The translations under genes were made by a program, and so were the position numbers. Below are positions 27,156 to 36,397 of a DNA stretch of 57,087 nucleotides, one piece after another. This DNA comes from Bacillales bacterium. Its GTDB lineage: Bacteria; Bacillota_I; Bacilli_A; RFN20; CAG-288. The notes under the pieces are model-generated. The model was not told the DNA's origin. It did not search any database and worked only from the letters and a program-made list of their open reading frames with translations. The first letter of the stretch is position 1; every line of letters starts with the position of its first letter. The stretch lies in contig JAJVUU010000001.1 in the NCBI GenBank assembly GCA_021621525.1, positions 1 to 57,087 on the forward strand, given 5' to 3'.

Positions 27156-30100
27156 TCAGCTTCTTGCAACCTGATATACCATCATCTTCCGTTCCAAATA
27201 TAGGGAAAAGAGAACGGTGAACGTCAAAAGGATGAAGTCATCCTGTCTTCCTTTCCTAGGATAATGCTTATGGAATCCATTGGCCATGGAATCGAAGAAG
27301 GTATCACTGAGATTTCCCTGATGTCCCTGATACGTATTGATGAAACGAATGAAGAAACCATCATCCGTATGATAGGCATAGATCAAAAACGCCATCACCA
27401 TCATCAGATTATCCTTGGAAAAGGCAGGATTGTCATCATATTTTTTCAAAAAACGTTTGATATAGACATGCATCGTTGCTTCATTCGGAAGCATCGTTTC
27501 CTTGACAATTCCAATCGGTTTTTTAAAGACGGAACATTCTTGCGAAAGGAGCGAAACCACGGCAGGGCCACTTTCTCCTAAGAAGGACACGATGTCATTG
27601 TATTTTTCATCAAAGAGATTTGTATTCGGATAGACATAGAATCCCTGTGAAAGAAGCCTGCGGCGGTTTTTGCTTTTGTCATATAGACCGGTATAGTTTT
27701 GCTTCTCTACCGAGAACAGATTCACAAAATCCGGAAGCTCATCTTCCAGGAAAGGAAGCTTTCCTTCATAGACGGGGATGTCTTCCTTCTTCAGATCCAT
27801 CTTTCTTTCAAAGAGATACTCATAGAAGGGTTTTCTCATGGCAACAGGAACACCTAGGCAATAGACGACATTCCTGCAACGGATCTTCAAGTCGTAATTA
27901 TGAAGACTCTTGCTCTTAAGCATCTCAAACAAAGCATAGAAATCATCGACATGGTCCTTCAAAATACCAAATCTTCCATCCTTTGTATCGCAAAAGCCGT
28001 AGAAGGAACTTCCCGGAGAAACATAGACCCCCTGATATTCGAAAGAAGAGATATAGGACACGACTTGCTTCCGATGGAACAGATTCTGATCATAGATATG
28101 ATAAAGAGCACAGAGCATCTGCCCGGCAAAGTTGAGAGGAACGTCCATCTCATCATCTTCAAAAATCGTCGAACCATCGACGATGCAGGAAAGGAGGGCA
28201 TTGTTGAACTCCTTCTTATAGATATGATAATAAGGGTTCTCCTTGGCATCGGGAAGACTCGGGCCCAGTCTTCCATCCATTTCCATGGCAAGGAAATCAT
28301 AGTCAAGATACTGCATATAATCTCTCTGATTGTGGGCAGTAAGGATATAAGTCGGACATTCAAGGGATGACTTCAATGTCAGATAGACATCGTTTCTGAA
28401 TCCTTCCTGGAAGACAAAGAGAGAGGAGAGACTCTCATCTTCTGACAGCATCTCGAAATGCCTCGGTTCATCATAAAGAGAGATTCCTTCCTCAAAGGAT
28501 ATATGTTTCAGACATTCCCTCAAAGTCTTTGGATGGTCATCTTGGGAAAAGACATCCGGAAGACCAAGGAAACGGAATTCCGTGGAGTCCTTCGGCAGGG
28601 CAAACCACATCAATTCCTCTCCCATATAATGGACAGGAAACGGGAAGGCTTCCGAAGCAGGGAAGTGCTTCTTATAGATCTTCTGGAGTTCCTTAAGTGC
28701 CTCCAAGTCCCTCTTCTCCATATGAAAAGAGCCATTCTCATCTTCATAGATATAGAAGAATCTTCCTTTATGGACGATAGGATACTTCAGATACGGATCA
28801 TAGAAGACTTCATGGCAATAGGAAAAATACCTGTCAGAATGACATCTTATGCCGCTGACATGATCCTCTGCCTTTTTGGAAAGAGTGACATCCGTACCAA
28901 GGCAAGCCAGAAAGCGCAAGGCAGCAACATCCACGAGAGGATAATTCTCACGGACCTTGATGATACTTTCCCTGGAAGAATAGCCTTCGTTCAGCAAGGC
29001 AAAATAATCTCTGACAGGAAGAAGGATGCCACCTTTTTCCTGCTGGAGGATGAATTTCCTGACAAGGGATAGATAGGGATGACCTTGAAACATCGGGTTG
29101 TTCTTTGCCGCATAGTCTTCCATCTTGGAAAGAGATTCTTCAAAAAGGGAGCACTTACCCTGAACAACAGAAGCATACTTCAATTCCTTCTTCGATGAGA
29201 AATGGAAGAGGAAATCATTGTCGCTAGCTGTGACGATGCATGAAAAGTCAGAAAGGAAGAAGTGATCTTCCTCCATCTTTCTAAGCAGGAAAGGAACCGC
29301 ATAATCAGCATCATCGCATCCTATCGTCGATCCATCCGTCCTGGCAATGGGAAGAAGAAGGCCGATATGTTCGTAATTGACACCATGTTCGAACGAAAAC
29401 AGGCTTAAAAAGGATTTGACGTCTCCGTTTTCAAAGTCAAAATACCTTGCCTTTTCAAAGGCAGGATAAGGAAGGCCGAGAATCTTGAGGAAGACACTCG
29501 GAAGGAAGGCGAATTCAGCATGCCGTTTGAAATATCTCTGAGTGACATCAAAGGCACAGGCTAGCTTTGCCTTTTCGGATACATCCAGAACATAGTCTCT
29601 TGGGAAACTGATTTCTTTGACTTCGTCATCTTCCAAGACGAAAGTACGGTAAGACTTCGCATACATGTCATGGTGCGTTCCAAGATAGACCATCCTATAT
29701 TTCGTCTGGTCTGCCTGGAAGTCATGGTCAAGGACGGTGTGACCAAGTCCGCTTTGAGGACCGAACCTTTCCGTAAAGAAACGGCCAAGGACAATTCTTG
29801 CCAAAGCATAGAAATATCTTCTCAAGGCCATCTTCAGATTCAGTTCGACCCTGTCGATATCCATGGAATTCACTTTGCAAAAGGCATAGGCTGCTTTTTC
29901 TTCAAGGCTCATGGAATCGAGCTTGGCATAGTATTTCTTATAGGCGGCCCTTGTGACGAGGAAGGGATCATCGACAAAGTCCATGATCAGCTTATGAGAG
30001 GTTTCCTTCATCGCCCTTAGATCGACAGGAATCTTATCCTCATGGATATAGAAAGGATAATCGTCGTCATCGACTCTTGGTGATGGATCGACGATTTTTT

Positions 30101-30584
30101 CGATGTTCATCAGATAGAAACCATTTGCCATCAGGTAGTTGACGGCCATGTTCATGAAAGGAGCATTCGACTTGATGTCTTCCTTGCTGATATGCAGGAC
30201 TTCCTTTGTTTCATTCAGGCTTTCCTCGAAGGAAAGCATGGAAAGGATGTCGTCAAAGGAACGGAGCATTTCATTTCCGTTTTGCTTTTCAAAGCAGATT
30301 TCTCTTGGAAGAGATAGAACCTGAAGAACCCTCTCCTCTGAATTCCTACCCTCCATCCACAATCCGATGTTCTTCAGATAGACCGGATATTTTTCTTCCT
30401 TGGCGATATCATTCTGATAGAAGTACATCCTCTCCCGGATGGATTCATATTCTTCCTTGGCGATATGGTATCGTCCGTCATCGGAAACATAGACTGCATA
30501 AAACGGTGTCATGATGACCTTTCCATAGATGCAATCGGTATGTGTCAGGACCTGTTCCTCAAAGAAATCAGAATTATAGTTCAT
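27156..30584 (-). CDS. Hypothetical 1,142-aa protein, giant paralog A (four-module, Cys-poor)
   Basis: The ORF is uninterrupted and its start lies 1 nt after the stop of paralog B. It is collinear with B (shared ESI.E...FYQ, YPVY, VLQVL.LP, DILS.L.F). Core motifs are LSLP 90, LGLP 369, LGLP 673 and LGVP 910. I saw no signal peptide, P-loop or HExxH. Confidence 0.7.
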   Translation of the reverse strand: MNYNSDFFEEQVLTHTDCIYGKVIMTPFYAVYVSDDGRYHIAKEEYESIRERMYFYQNDIAKEEKYPVYLKNIGLWMEGRNSEERVLQVLSLPREICFEKQNGNEMLRSFDDILSMLSFEESLNETKEVLHISKEDIKSNAPFMNMAVNYLMANGFYLMNIEKIVDPSPRVDDDDYPFYIHEDKIPVDLRAMKETSHKLIMDFVDDPFLVTRAAYKKYYAKLDSMSLEEKAAYAFCKVNSMDIDRVELNLKMALRRYFYALARIVLGRFFTERFGPQSGLGHTVLDHDFQADQTKYRMVYLGTHHDMYAKSYRTFVLEDDEVKEISFPRDYVLDVSEKAKLACAFDVTQRYFKRHAEFAFLPSVFLKILGLPYPAFEKARYFDFENGDVKSFLSLFSFEHGVNYEHIGLLLPIARTDGSTIGCDDADYAVPFLLRKMEEDHFFLSDFSCIVTASDNDFLFHFSSKKELKYASVVQGKCSLFEESLSKMEDYAAKNNPMFQGHPYLSLVRKFILQQEKGGILLPVRDYFALLNEGYSSRESIIKVRENYPLVDVAALRFLACLGTDVTLSKKAEDHVSGIRCHSDRYFSYCHEVFYDPYLKYPIVHKGRFFYIYEDENGSFHMEKRDLEALKELQKIYKKHFPASEAFPFPVHYMGEELMWFALPKDSTEFRFLGLPDVFSQDDHPKTLRECLKHISFEEGISLYDEPRHFEMLSEDESLSSLFVFQEGFRNDVYLTLKSSLECPTYILTAHNQRDYMQYLDYDFLAMEMDGRLGPSLPDAKENPYYHIYKKEFNNALLSCIVDGSTIFEDDEMDVPLNFAGQMLCALYHIYDQNLFHRKQVVSYISSFEYQGVYVSPGSSFYGFCDTKDGRFGILKDHVDDFYALFEMLKSKSLHNYDLKIRCRNVVYCLGVPVAMRKPFYEYLFERKMDLKKEDIPVYEGKLPFLEDELPDFVNLFSVEKQNYTGLYDKSKNRRRLLSQGFYVYPNTNLFDEKYNDIVSFLGESGPAVVSLLSQECSVFKKPIGIVKETMLPNEATMHVYIKRFLKKYDDNPAFSKDNLMMVMAFLIYAYHTDDGFFIRFINTYQGHQGNLSDTFFDSMANGFHKHYPRKGRQDDFILLTFTVLFSLYLERKMMVYQVARS

Positions 30585-30585
30585 A

Positions 30586-33500
30586 TTACCTCCCGATGTG
30601 CTTTTCCATCAGCACATATCGTTCTATCAGCTTCTGGCAAAGATATGTCATGAAACCAAGGATCTGCTGTATGACGGCATCCATGAATTCTTTGCGGATT
30701 CTTTTTGTCTGTGGGAAGCAGGCAAGGACTCTGTCCAAGAGACTTCCGTCAGGTTCTTCCGGGAAATAGAAGTTCAGAAACACCCTGTCGTTTTCAAAAT
30801 AGGTATCCATGATGATGCCGCTGGCATAGGCGTTCGCCTCTTCCCTTCCCTTGTTGAGAAGAGAGAAGTCATATAAGAAGTCCTTAAGCTTATCCTTGCC
30901 CATCACAAAGTAGGTGAAGATGGATTCCGGAACCCTTTCGGTAGGATAATCGATGACCGGAAGGTGGTCATCGCCATCCATGTCGAGAGGATAGACATAT
31001 TCCGGATCAAAATGAATGTTCTTCAACGGGAGATTGGACAGGATCAGGAAAGAATCATGCATCATTCCATTGATGGCAAAATCATATTCCGCATCCAGGT
31101 CGGACTGGAAAGGATAAGACTTTTCGAAAGGACGGTGATAGCTTGCTATGGCAGCAGAAGCATCCTTGCGACAGATTCCGTTTTCAAAATCCATCTTGTC
31201 CAAAAGCGGTTCGATGTGATGGTTTTCCAAGGAATAGCCAGAGTATTTCAAGACGACAAGATACGGGAGTCCCAACAGGCCTAAAATCAAAGCCGTCTTG
31301 CAGTCTTCGGAGAAATGCTTCTTCTCATATAGTTCAAGATATTTGTTTCCGAACTCCGCCAGGCTCTTCTTGTCGCAGGAGCAGAGATAGTATTTCCCAT
31401 CGCATGGATTGTCGCTGTAGGCACAATAGGAATGTCCGAGATGGACAAAGGGATGCTTCAAGGCTCCGTTGTAATCAAGATTCATGCTGTATCCGGTCTC
31501 ATCGGGACTGACGATATCCTGGGATACATAAAGGGAATAGGCAAGTTCAAGCCTGCGATAGATATAGACAAGCCTTGTGAAGATCATCAGATTCTGATAA
31601 ATCAGAGGATAATCCTTCTTGTCACATTCAAAGAGAAGTCTGCGGATGGTCTCATCCCCAAGGGAAAGGAATCTCTCCAAGGCAAAATAGAACTCATCAT
31701 ATCCACAGGAATCCGGGAAGAAGGAAGCGATGAGGGATGCGATCATCCTTCTTGAGACATTGATATAGGGAAGGAGGATCGGATCGATTCTCTTGCGGTC
31801 AAAATGAAGGATGCAATGATAGTCTTCAGCCTTGAGGTCGTCAAAGAACATGGTCAAAGCCGAATCCGGATTATCAGCTCCATCATAGAAGAGACCCTTC
31901 AAGGCTGCATTGGAACGGATATAGGTAAGAAAGACCTTCTCCGGGATATCTTCCTGTCCTTCTCCATAATAGGATGGCGTGGCATGGTTGCAGATATGGC
32001 AGACATGGTCCTTGAAAGGAATCTGAGGAAGAATATCCTTGGACAAGTCGATAAGATCCTCGATATCCTCAGGAAGTTCAAGGAAGTCCAGGATATAACG
32101 GTTCTTTTCTTCCGGCGTACCATTCGTATGGAATCTGTCATAGAGAGAAGCAAAATAACCGATCCTTGCAGAAACAGCTTCCTTCTGACAGGAACAGAGA
32201 CACGGCTTTGAAAAATAGTCCTTGCGGAAGGAATATGCTCCCCAATAGAAGGTGACATAAGGAGAGGGGAGGCAAGGTTCATAGGTTTCTTCATTCCTAT
32301 AAAGATTGTCAAGGGCGACAAGGGTGAGCTTATCAGAGTGAAGGATGGCATCGACCCTGGTCTTTTCCTCAGCAATCCTGAAAGGAAAATTCAAAGTATA
32401 GAAAAGGAAATCCTCAAGTTCCTGGCTGGATGATTCCTGGATGTCATATTCCTTGAGGAATCTGTCATAGGCTTCAAGGAAGGTCTTTTTTTGGCTGAAC
32501 AGGGAGTAGAAGAAAAGGAGAGCGGATGAAGAAGACATCTCATCGATCTTCTTAAGCAGCTTTCTCAAGGAATCACCGCTTCCATGAACCATCTCATAGG
32601 AAGGAAGAATCTCTTCCTGCAGGTTCCTTTTCTCATCGAAAAGGGAAAACATGGAATCCCTGCTTCTTTCTTCAACCTTCAATGTAAGGGGAATGTCCTT
32701 CCTCAGATAGACAGGATCCAATGATTCATAGATGATACCCTGGTCGAAGAGGACTCTCCTATCAAAGCAATAGGCATGCTGGCTGCTGGAAGAAAGATAG
32801 GAATAGAAACCATCAAAACGTTTGCAGGAAAGATAGATTTCCTCCATCGGGAAATCACCAAATGGAAGCCTTGAAAGCACATCTTCCTTTGTAAAATCCT
32901 TCAAGTCGGAGATAGAGGCAAAGCCTTCAAAAGGAAGACCCAACCTCGCATAAAAAGATAGGATGCTTTCTTTTGGATTCCGTTCATATTCCTCGGAAAT
33001 AAGTTGAATGATTCTCTCCTTCTCAAGATTAGCAAAAAAGAAGTGTTCGTTGTCAAGCGAATACATATCCGCCTGATAGGAAGACAAGGAATAGACCTTC
33101 CTCTTGACACGGATTTTGTTATACGTCAAAAAAGAAAGCTTCCCGGTGGATATGCCGATGACGTTCAATGAGAAGTCATCATACAAGCAGTTGATGAGAC
33201 TGGCAACATACTTTCTTAAGACCGATTCATATCTCTTCTTGAATCCGGCATCCAACATCAAATCAGAGATTTCCCTGTCGGATGTATGGTTGACAAAATA
33301 AGCGATTCTTCTATCCAGAGAGAAGGAATCCAGACGCTTCATCTCTTGATTGAAGGCTTCGTCATCTTCCTTGCCAAGGATATCGATGGCAAAGCGGGAG
33401 CTATCAGCACTCTGATATAGCTTCAGATAGATACCGGAAAGTTTCTCCTCGTCGATGAATACGGGAAGAGGGATGCCTCTTTCTTCCATAAACGGTTTGG

Positions 33501-33957
33501 TCTCGTCATAAAGGAAGAAGAATCCTTTGGCAAGACAAAAGAGTCGGAACTCATCGGAAAACCATTTCTTTCCTGTCTTTTTGGCAAGAATATGATAGCA
33601 CCTATCCTTTAATTTGGCCGTTCCTCCGACAAAGGGAAGCTGAGAAAGGATATCCTTGGAAAGATCCAGGGTAGAGAAAATCCTTTCCGGAATGCCTAAG
33701 ACCTGGAAGAGGACCTTCGTATCCGTGGCATCCCTGTAAGAGAAAGACTTCCCGTCATAGACAGGATAGGTATGTCCTAGGATTCTCTGCTGATAGAACT
33801 TCAAAGCCTCCTTGATGCTCTCCTTGTCCTCCATAGGAAGATAGGCATGGTCATTCCTATCGATATAGGCAACATGAAAAAGAGAAAAGACAGCCTTCTG
33901 ATAATCGGAGCGGAAGGGAATATCAATGACTTCTTCCTCCAAAGAAGCGATGCTCAT
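30586..33957 (-). CDS. Hypothetical 1,123-aa protein, giant paralog B (four-module, with Cys/His clusters)
   Basis: The ORF is uninterrupted and its start overlaps the M6 gene stop (TGATG). Core motifs are LGIP 87, LGLP 339, LELP 627 and LGLP 895. Cys clusters are C586-x-C588-x-C590 ... C653-x2-C656-x-H658, and C845/C852/C859-x-C861. I saw no signal peptide, P-loop or HExxH. Confidence 0.7.
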   Translation of the reverse strand: MSIASLEEEVIDIPFRSDYQKAVFSLFHVAYIDRNDHAYLPMEDKESIKEALKFYQQRILGHTYPVYDGKSFSYRDATDTKVLFQVLGIPERIFSTLDLSKDILSQLPFVGGTAKLKDRCYHILAKKTGKKWFSDEFRLFCLAKGFFFLYDETKPFMEERGIPLPVFIDEEKLSGIYLKLYQSADSSRFAIDILGKEDDEAFNQEMKRLDSFSLDRRIAYFVNHTSDREISDLMLDAGFKKRYESVLRKYVASLINCLYDDFSLNVIGISTGKLSFLTYNKIRVKRKVYSLSSYQADMYSLDNEHFFFANLEKERIIQLISEEYERNPKESILSFYARLGLPFEGFASISDLKDFTKEDVLSRLPFGDFPMEEIYLSCKRFDGFYSYLSSSSQHAYCFDRRVLFDQGIIYESLDPVYLRKDIPLTLKVEERSRDSMFSLFDEKRNLQEEILPSYEMVHGSGDSLRKLLKKIDEMSSSSALLFFYSLFSQKKTFLEAYDRFLKEYDIQESSSQELEDFLFYTLNFPFRIAEEKTRVDAILHSDKLTLVALDNLYRNEETYEPCLPSPYVTFYWGAYSFRKDYFSKPCLCSCQKEAVSARIGYFASLYDRFHTNGTPEEKNRYILDFLELPEDIEDLIDLSKDILPQIPFKDHVCHICNHATPSYYGEGQEDIPEKVFLTYIRSNAALKGLFYDGADNPDSALTMFFDDLKAEDYHCILHFDRKRIDPILLPYINVSRRMIASLIASFFPDSCGYDEFYFALERFLSLGDETIRRLLFECDKKDYPLIYQNLMIFTRLVYIYRRLELAYSLYVSQDIVSPDETGYSMNLDYNGALKHPFVHLGHSYCAYSDNPCDGKYYLCSCDKKSLAEFGNKYLELYEKKHFSEDCKTALILGLLGLPYLVVLKYSGYSLENHHIEPLLDKMDFENGICRKDASAAIASYHRPFEKSYPFQSDLDAEYDFAINGMMHDSFLILSNLPLKNIHFDPEYVYPLDMDGDDHLPVIDYPTERVPESIFTYFVMGKDKLKDFLYDFSLLNKGREEANAYASGIIMDTYFENDRVFLNFYFPEEPDGSLLDRVLACFPQTKRIRKEFMDAVIQQILGFMTYLCQKLIERYVLMEKHIGR

Positions 33958-35600
33958 CAGAACTCCATGAACTTCAGGCTGCAGCTTGTCGATGTGCTGC
34001 TGACCTGGAAACCGAACTGCGGGAGGCTTCCATCATCGAACATGAAGAAATCATATTTCTGACTGGTGAAGGCATTGCCGCTGCGATAGAGGCATCGGTC
34101 AGAAGAATAACCCGTCTTGCTGCCTTCGACCTTCTTCCCATTGGAAGGGAGAAGAGAGATGAGTCTTCCACGATAGAAACTGAGACCGGAATCGCTCAAT
34201 GACTGGTCATAGCAATAGGTCTTGGTGTTGCTATAGATATAAGAATAGGTATAGGTACGTCCCCAGTTCCTGTCGCTTCCGGGGCTGGGAAGCTTATCAT
34301 AGGCATTGCCATCCCACGAAGCATTGCCCTTGCTATCAGCAACAAGCTTTCCGACTCTTGCATCGACATGATAGACAAGCACACCAGGCTGGGTATACGT
34401 CTTCTGCCTGGAGATTCCATATCCCGTGACGTCCTTCTGGTTGAGGGAAGTCGGTGTATAGAATTCGACGATGAGATACTCATCGAAGGGAGTGCCGTTG
34501 AAATCCATGTTCCCATCCTTATAGCGAGGGATGAGAAGGCTGTCGCCCGTCTCGACAAGAGAGGACAGCGTGATGGTATAGTTGTTTTCCTGAAGATATT
34601 CTTCCGTGACCAGAGTGGGTGTCTTCCAGCCCAAGAGATACTTAGAGAAGGCACAATGGTCTCCGATGTTGAAATCCATCATGTCGATGCCACCGACAGG
34701 GGTATCGGCATTGCCATTGGGCTTGCTTGCAGAATAGTCATAGTCATAGGAATAATAATCATCCAAGCCAAGGATATGTCCCGTCTCATGGATGAATGTG
34801 TGGGCATCGGAATAATTGGCATAGGAAGTGGTCCCCTTCGGACGATAATCCATTTCAGTCAGGAATTTGAAGCTCGCCCAGGAATAGCAGCAAGGCGTGA
34901 CACCATCATAGGAAGAAGCGTCCTGTGCCCAGGTCGTATAAGCCCAGAAAAGCTGGCTTGTCTGACGATAAGGAACGGAATAGACAAGCCATACGGCATC
35001 GATGAAGCCATCCTTGTCCGTATCATAATCGGCAAAATTGATATCCGTATCCTTGTTCAGGGTATTGATGACCTCATCCAAAAGGATATCGGTATAGTTC
35101 ATACCCTTTTCAGAATAGGAATCATTGAGGCTGGAGAGCTTTGAAGAAGTGACGTTTAGATTGATGACGGGAGTGACTTCGCCGCTGACATGAAGTTTCC
35201 CATAGGAAGACTTCTCATAGAAAGAAGAGACGCTCTCCCATCCAGTATCGGAAGAATCACCGAAGAAGCCATGTTCCAAGGTGGTCCTCCAATCGCTTCC
35301 ATAGCTGTCAGAGAAAGTATAGTCCGTCGTTTCGACAGGAACGACCAGGATTTTCCTATCTCCGGTAGATGGCATGTATTTGTAGCCAAGTCCGTATCCG
35401 ACGGTATCCTTGTTGAGATTGTCCTTGCTGAAGGAAGAAGAATAGTCGGGAGTTCCATAGGAAACCTTATCCGTCGTCTTCGTCTCCGTCGAAGGATGGT
35501 TCCAGCTGATACGATAGTTCGGATTCATGAAATAGCAGGAAGAGAGACTGGCAAGAAGACCTAAGGCCGCAAGAACCGCAGTAAACTTTTTCTTTTTCAT
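33957..35600 (-). CDS. Lipoprotein zinc metalloprotease, M6 (immune inhibitor A)-like
   Basis: 547 aa. The signal peptide MKKKKFTAVLAALGLLASLSSC has a lipobox. The zinc motif FIHETGHILGLDDYY maps to codons at 34776..34790. The N-terminal region ..GDRKILVVPVE.. is M6-like. Confidence 0.7.
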   Translation of the reverse strand: MKKKKFTAVLAALGLLASLSSCYFMNPNYRISWNHPSTETKTTDKVSYGTPDYSSSFSKDNLNKDTVGYGLGYKYMPSTGDRKILVVPVETTDYTFSDSYGSDWRTTLEHGFFGDSSDTGWESVSSFYEKSSYGKLHVSGEVTPVINLNVTSSKLSSLNDSYSEKGMNYTDILLDEVINTLNKDTDINFADYDTDKDGFIDAVWLVYSVPYRQTSQLFWAYTTWAQDASSYDGVTPCCYSWASFKFLTEMDYRPKGTTSYANYSDAHTFIHETGHILGLDDYYSYDYDYSASKPNGNADTPVGGIDMMDFNIGDHCAFSKYLLGWKTPTLVTEEYLQENNYTITLSSLVETGDSLLIPRYKDGNMDFNGTPFDEYLIVEFYTPTSLNQKDVTGYGISRQKTYTQPGVLVYHVDARVGKLVADSKGNASWDGNAYDKLPSPGSDRNWGRTYTYSYIYSNTKTYCYDQSLSDSGLSFYRGRLISLLPSNGKKVEGSKTGYSSDRCLYRSGNAFTSQKYDFFMFDDGSLPQFGFQVSSTSTSCSLKFMEF

Positions 35601-35602
35601 CT

Positions 35603-35947
35603 TCAGTCCCCGTAATCAGAGCCACGGCTCTCCGGTTGGATCAGGACCCTGGCCTGATCGGCAACGTCCATGGCGGTGAGATAGATGGCATGTTCCGTCT
35701 CGACAAGAGGATTGTCCTCCATGCCGACAAAGACGACCTTCTTGTTCTTCTTGACGATTTCATCCATCTTTTTGAGCATATCGTCATAAGACTCCGGCCT
35801 TTGCATCTTATATCCCTGAAGATAGGTATAGAACTGAGGCTCGATATAGAAGATAGATCCATCATCATTTTCATAGCATGTGGCAAAGCGATTGCGTAAG
35901 TCGATCAGGATCTTGCGATCCGACCATTCAGGATATTGTTTCGGCAT
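35603..35947 (-). CDS. Hypothetical 114-aa protein (first gene of the cassette; resembles the N-terminal sub-motif of the giant modules)
   Basis: A GGAGG SD lies 8 nt upstream of ATG 35947. The segment CYENDDGSIFYIEPQFYTYLQGY resembles VYVSDDGRYHIAKEEYESI (A) and YIYEDENGSFHMEK (A). The gene ends 2 nt before the M6 gene. Confidence 0.55.
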   Translation of the reverse strand: MPKQYPEWSDRKILIDLRNRFATCYENDDGSIFYIEPQFYTYLQGYKMQRPESYDDMLKKMDEIVKKNKKVVFVGMEDNPLVETEHAIYLTAMDVADQARVLIQPESRGSDYGD

Positions 35948-35973
35948 AGGAATTTCCTCCTTTGTTGTTCATC

Positions 35974-35982
35974 ATTATATCA
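35974..35982 (-). promoter_or_regulatory. Extended -10 promoter (TGATATAAT) internal to the gene string, upstream of the 114-aa gene
   Basis: On the minus strand TGaTATAAT lies about 26 nt upstream of ATG 35947. Just upstream is the hairpin ATGTTTTC / GAAAACAT, which follows the stop of the 124-aa gene. Confidence 0.45.
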
Positions 35983-36022
35983 CCATAAGCATGTTTTCCA
36001 TCGAAAGAAAACATCCTCTTTT

Positions 36023-36397
36023 TCAAATGACAAGAAAACGGCTGATTTCAGCAAACATATCAGAAAGATAGACGAAGTCTCCCTTAAGGCTCTCAAGCCT
36101 CGTTTCTTCCTTCGCCAAAGAAGCAATTTCAGCGATAGACATCAGATCCTCTTTGATGGTATCGTCGATCGTCAAAGTCTTGGAAACATCAAGAATCTTA
36201 TTCTCCGTCTTTTTTATTTCTTCCATCTTGGAAGAAAAATCAAAGGACATGGAATATGGCTTCTTTCCGTTCTGCTTTCTGATAAGCAGTTTCTGAAGCA
36301 TCGATAGAAGAGGCAAAGCAGAAAGAAGAGCCGTATATTTCTCAGACTCCTGAGCTTTCCTTCTCTTTTTCAAGCTGGCATCCAATCCTTTATTCAT
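36023..36397 (-). CDS. Hypothetical 124-aa helical / coiled-coil protein
   Basis: Its start overlaps the stop of the upstream gene by 8 nt. The composition is charged and heptad-like. I recognise no family. Confidence 0.5.
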   Translation of the reverse strand: MNKGLDASLKKRRKAQESEKYTALLSALPLLSMLQKLLIRKQNGKKPYSMSFDFSSKMEEIKKTENKILDVSKTLTIDDTIKEDLMSIAEIASLAKEETRLESLKGDFVYLSDMFAEISRFLVI

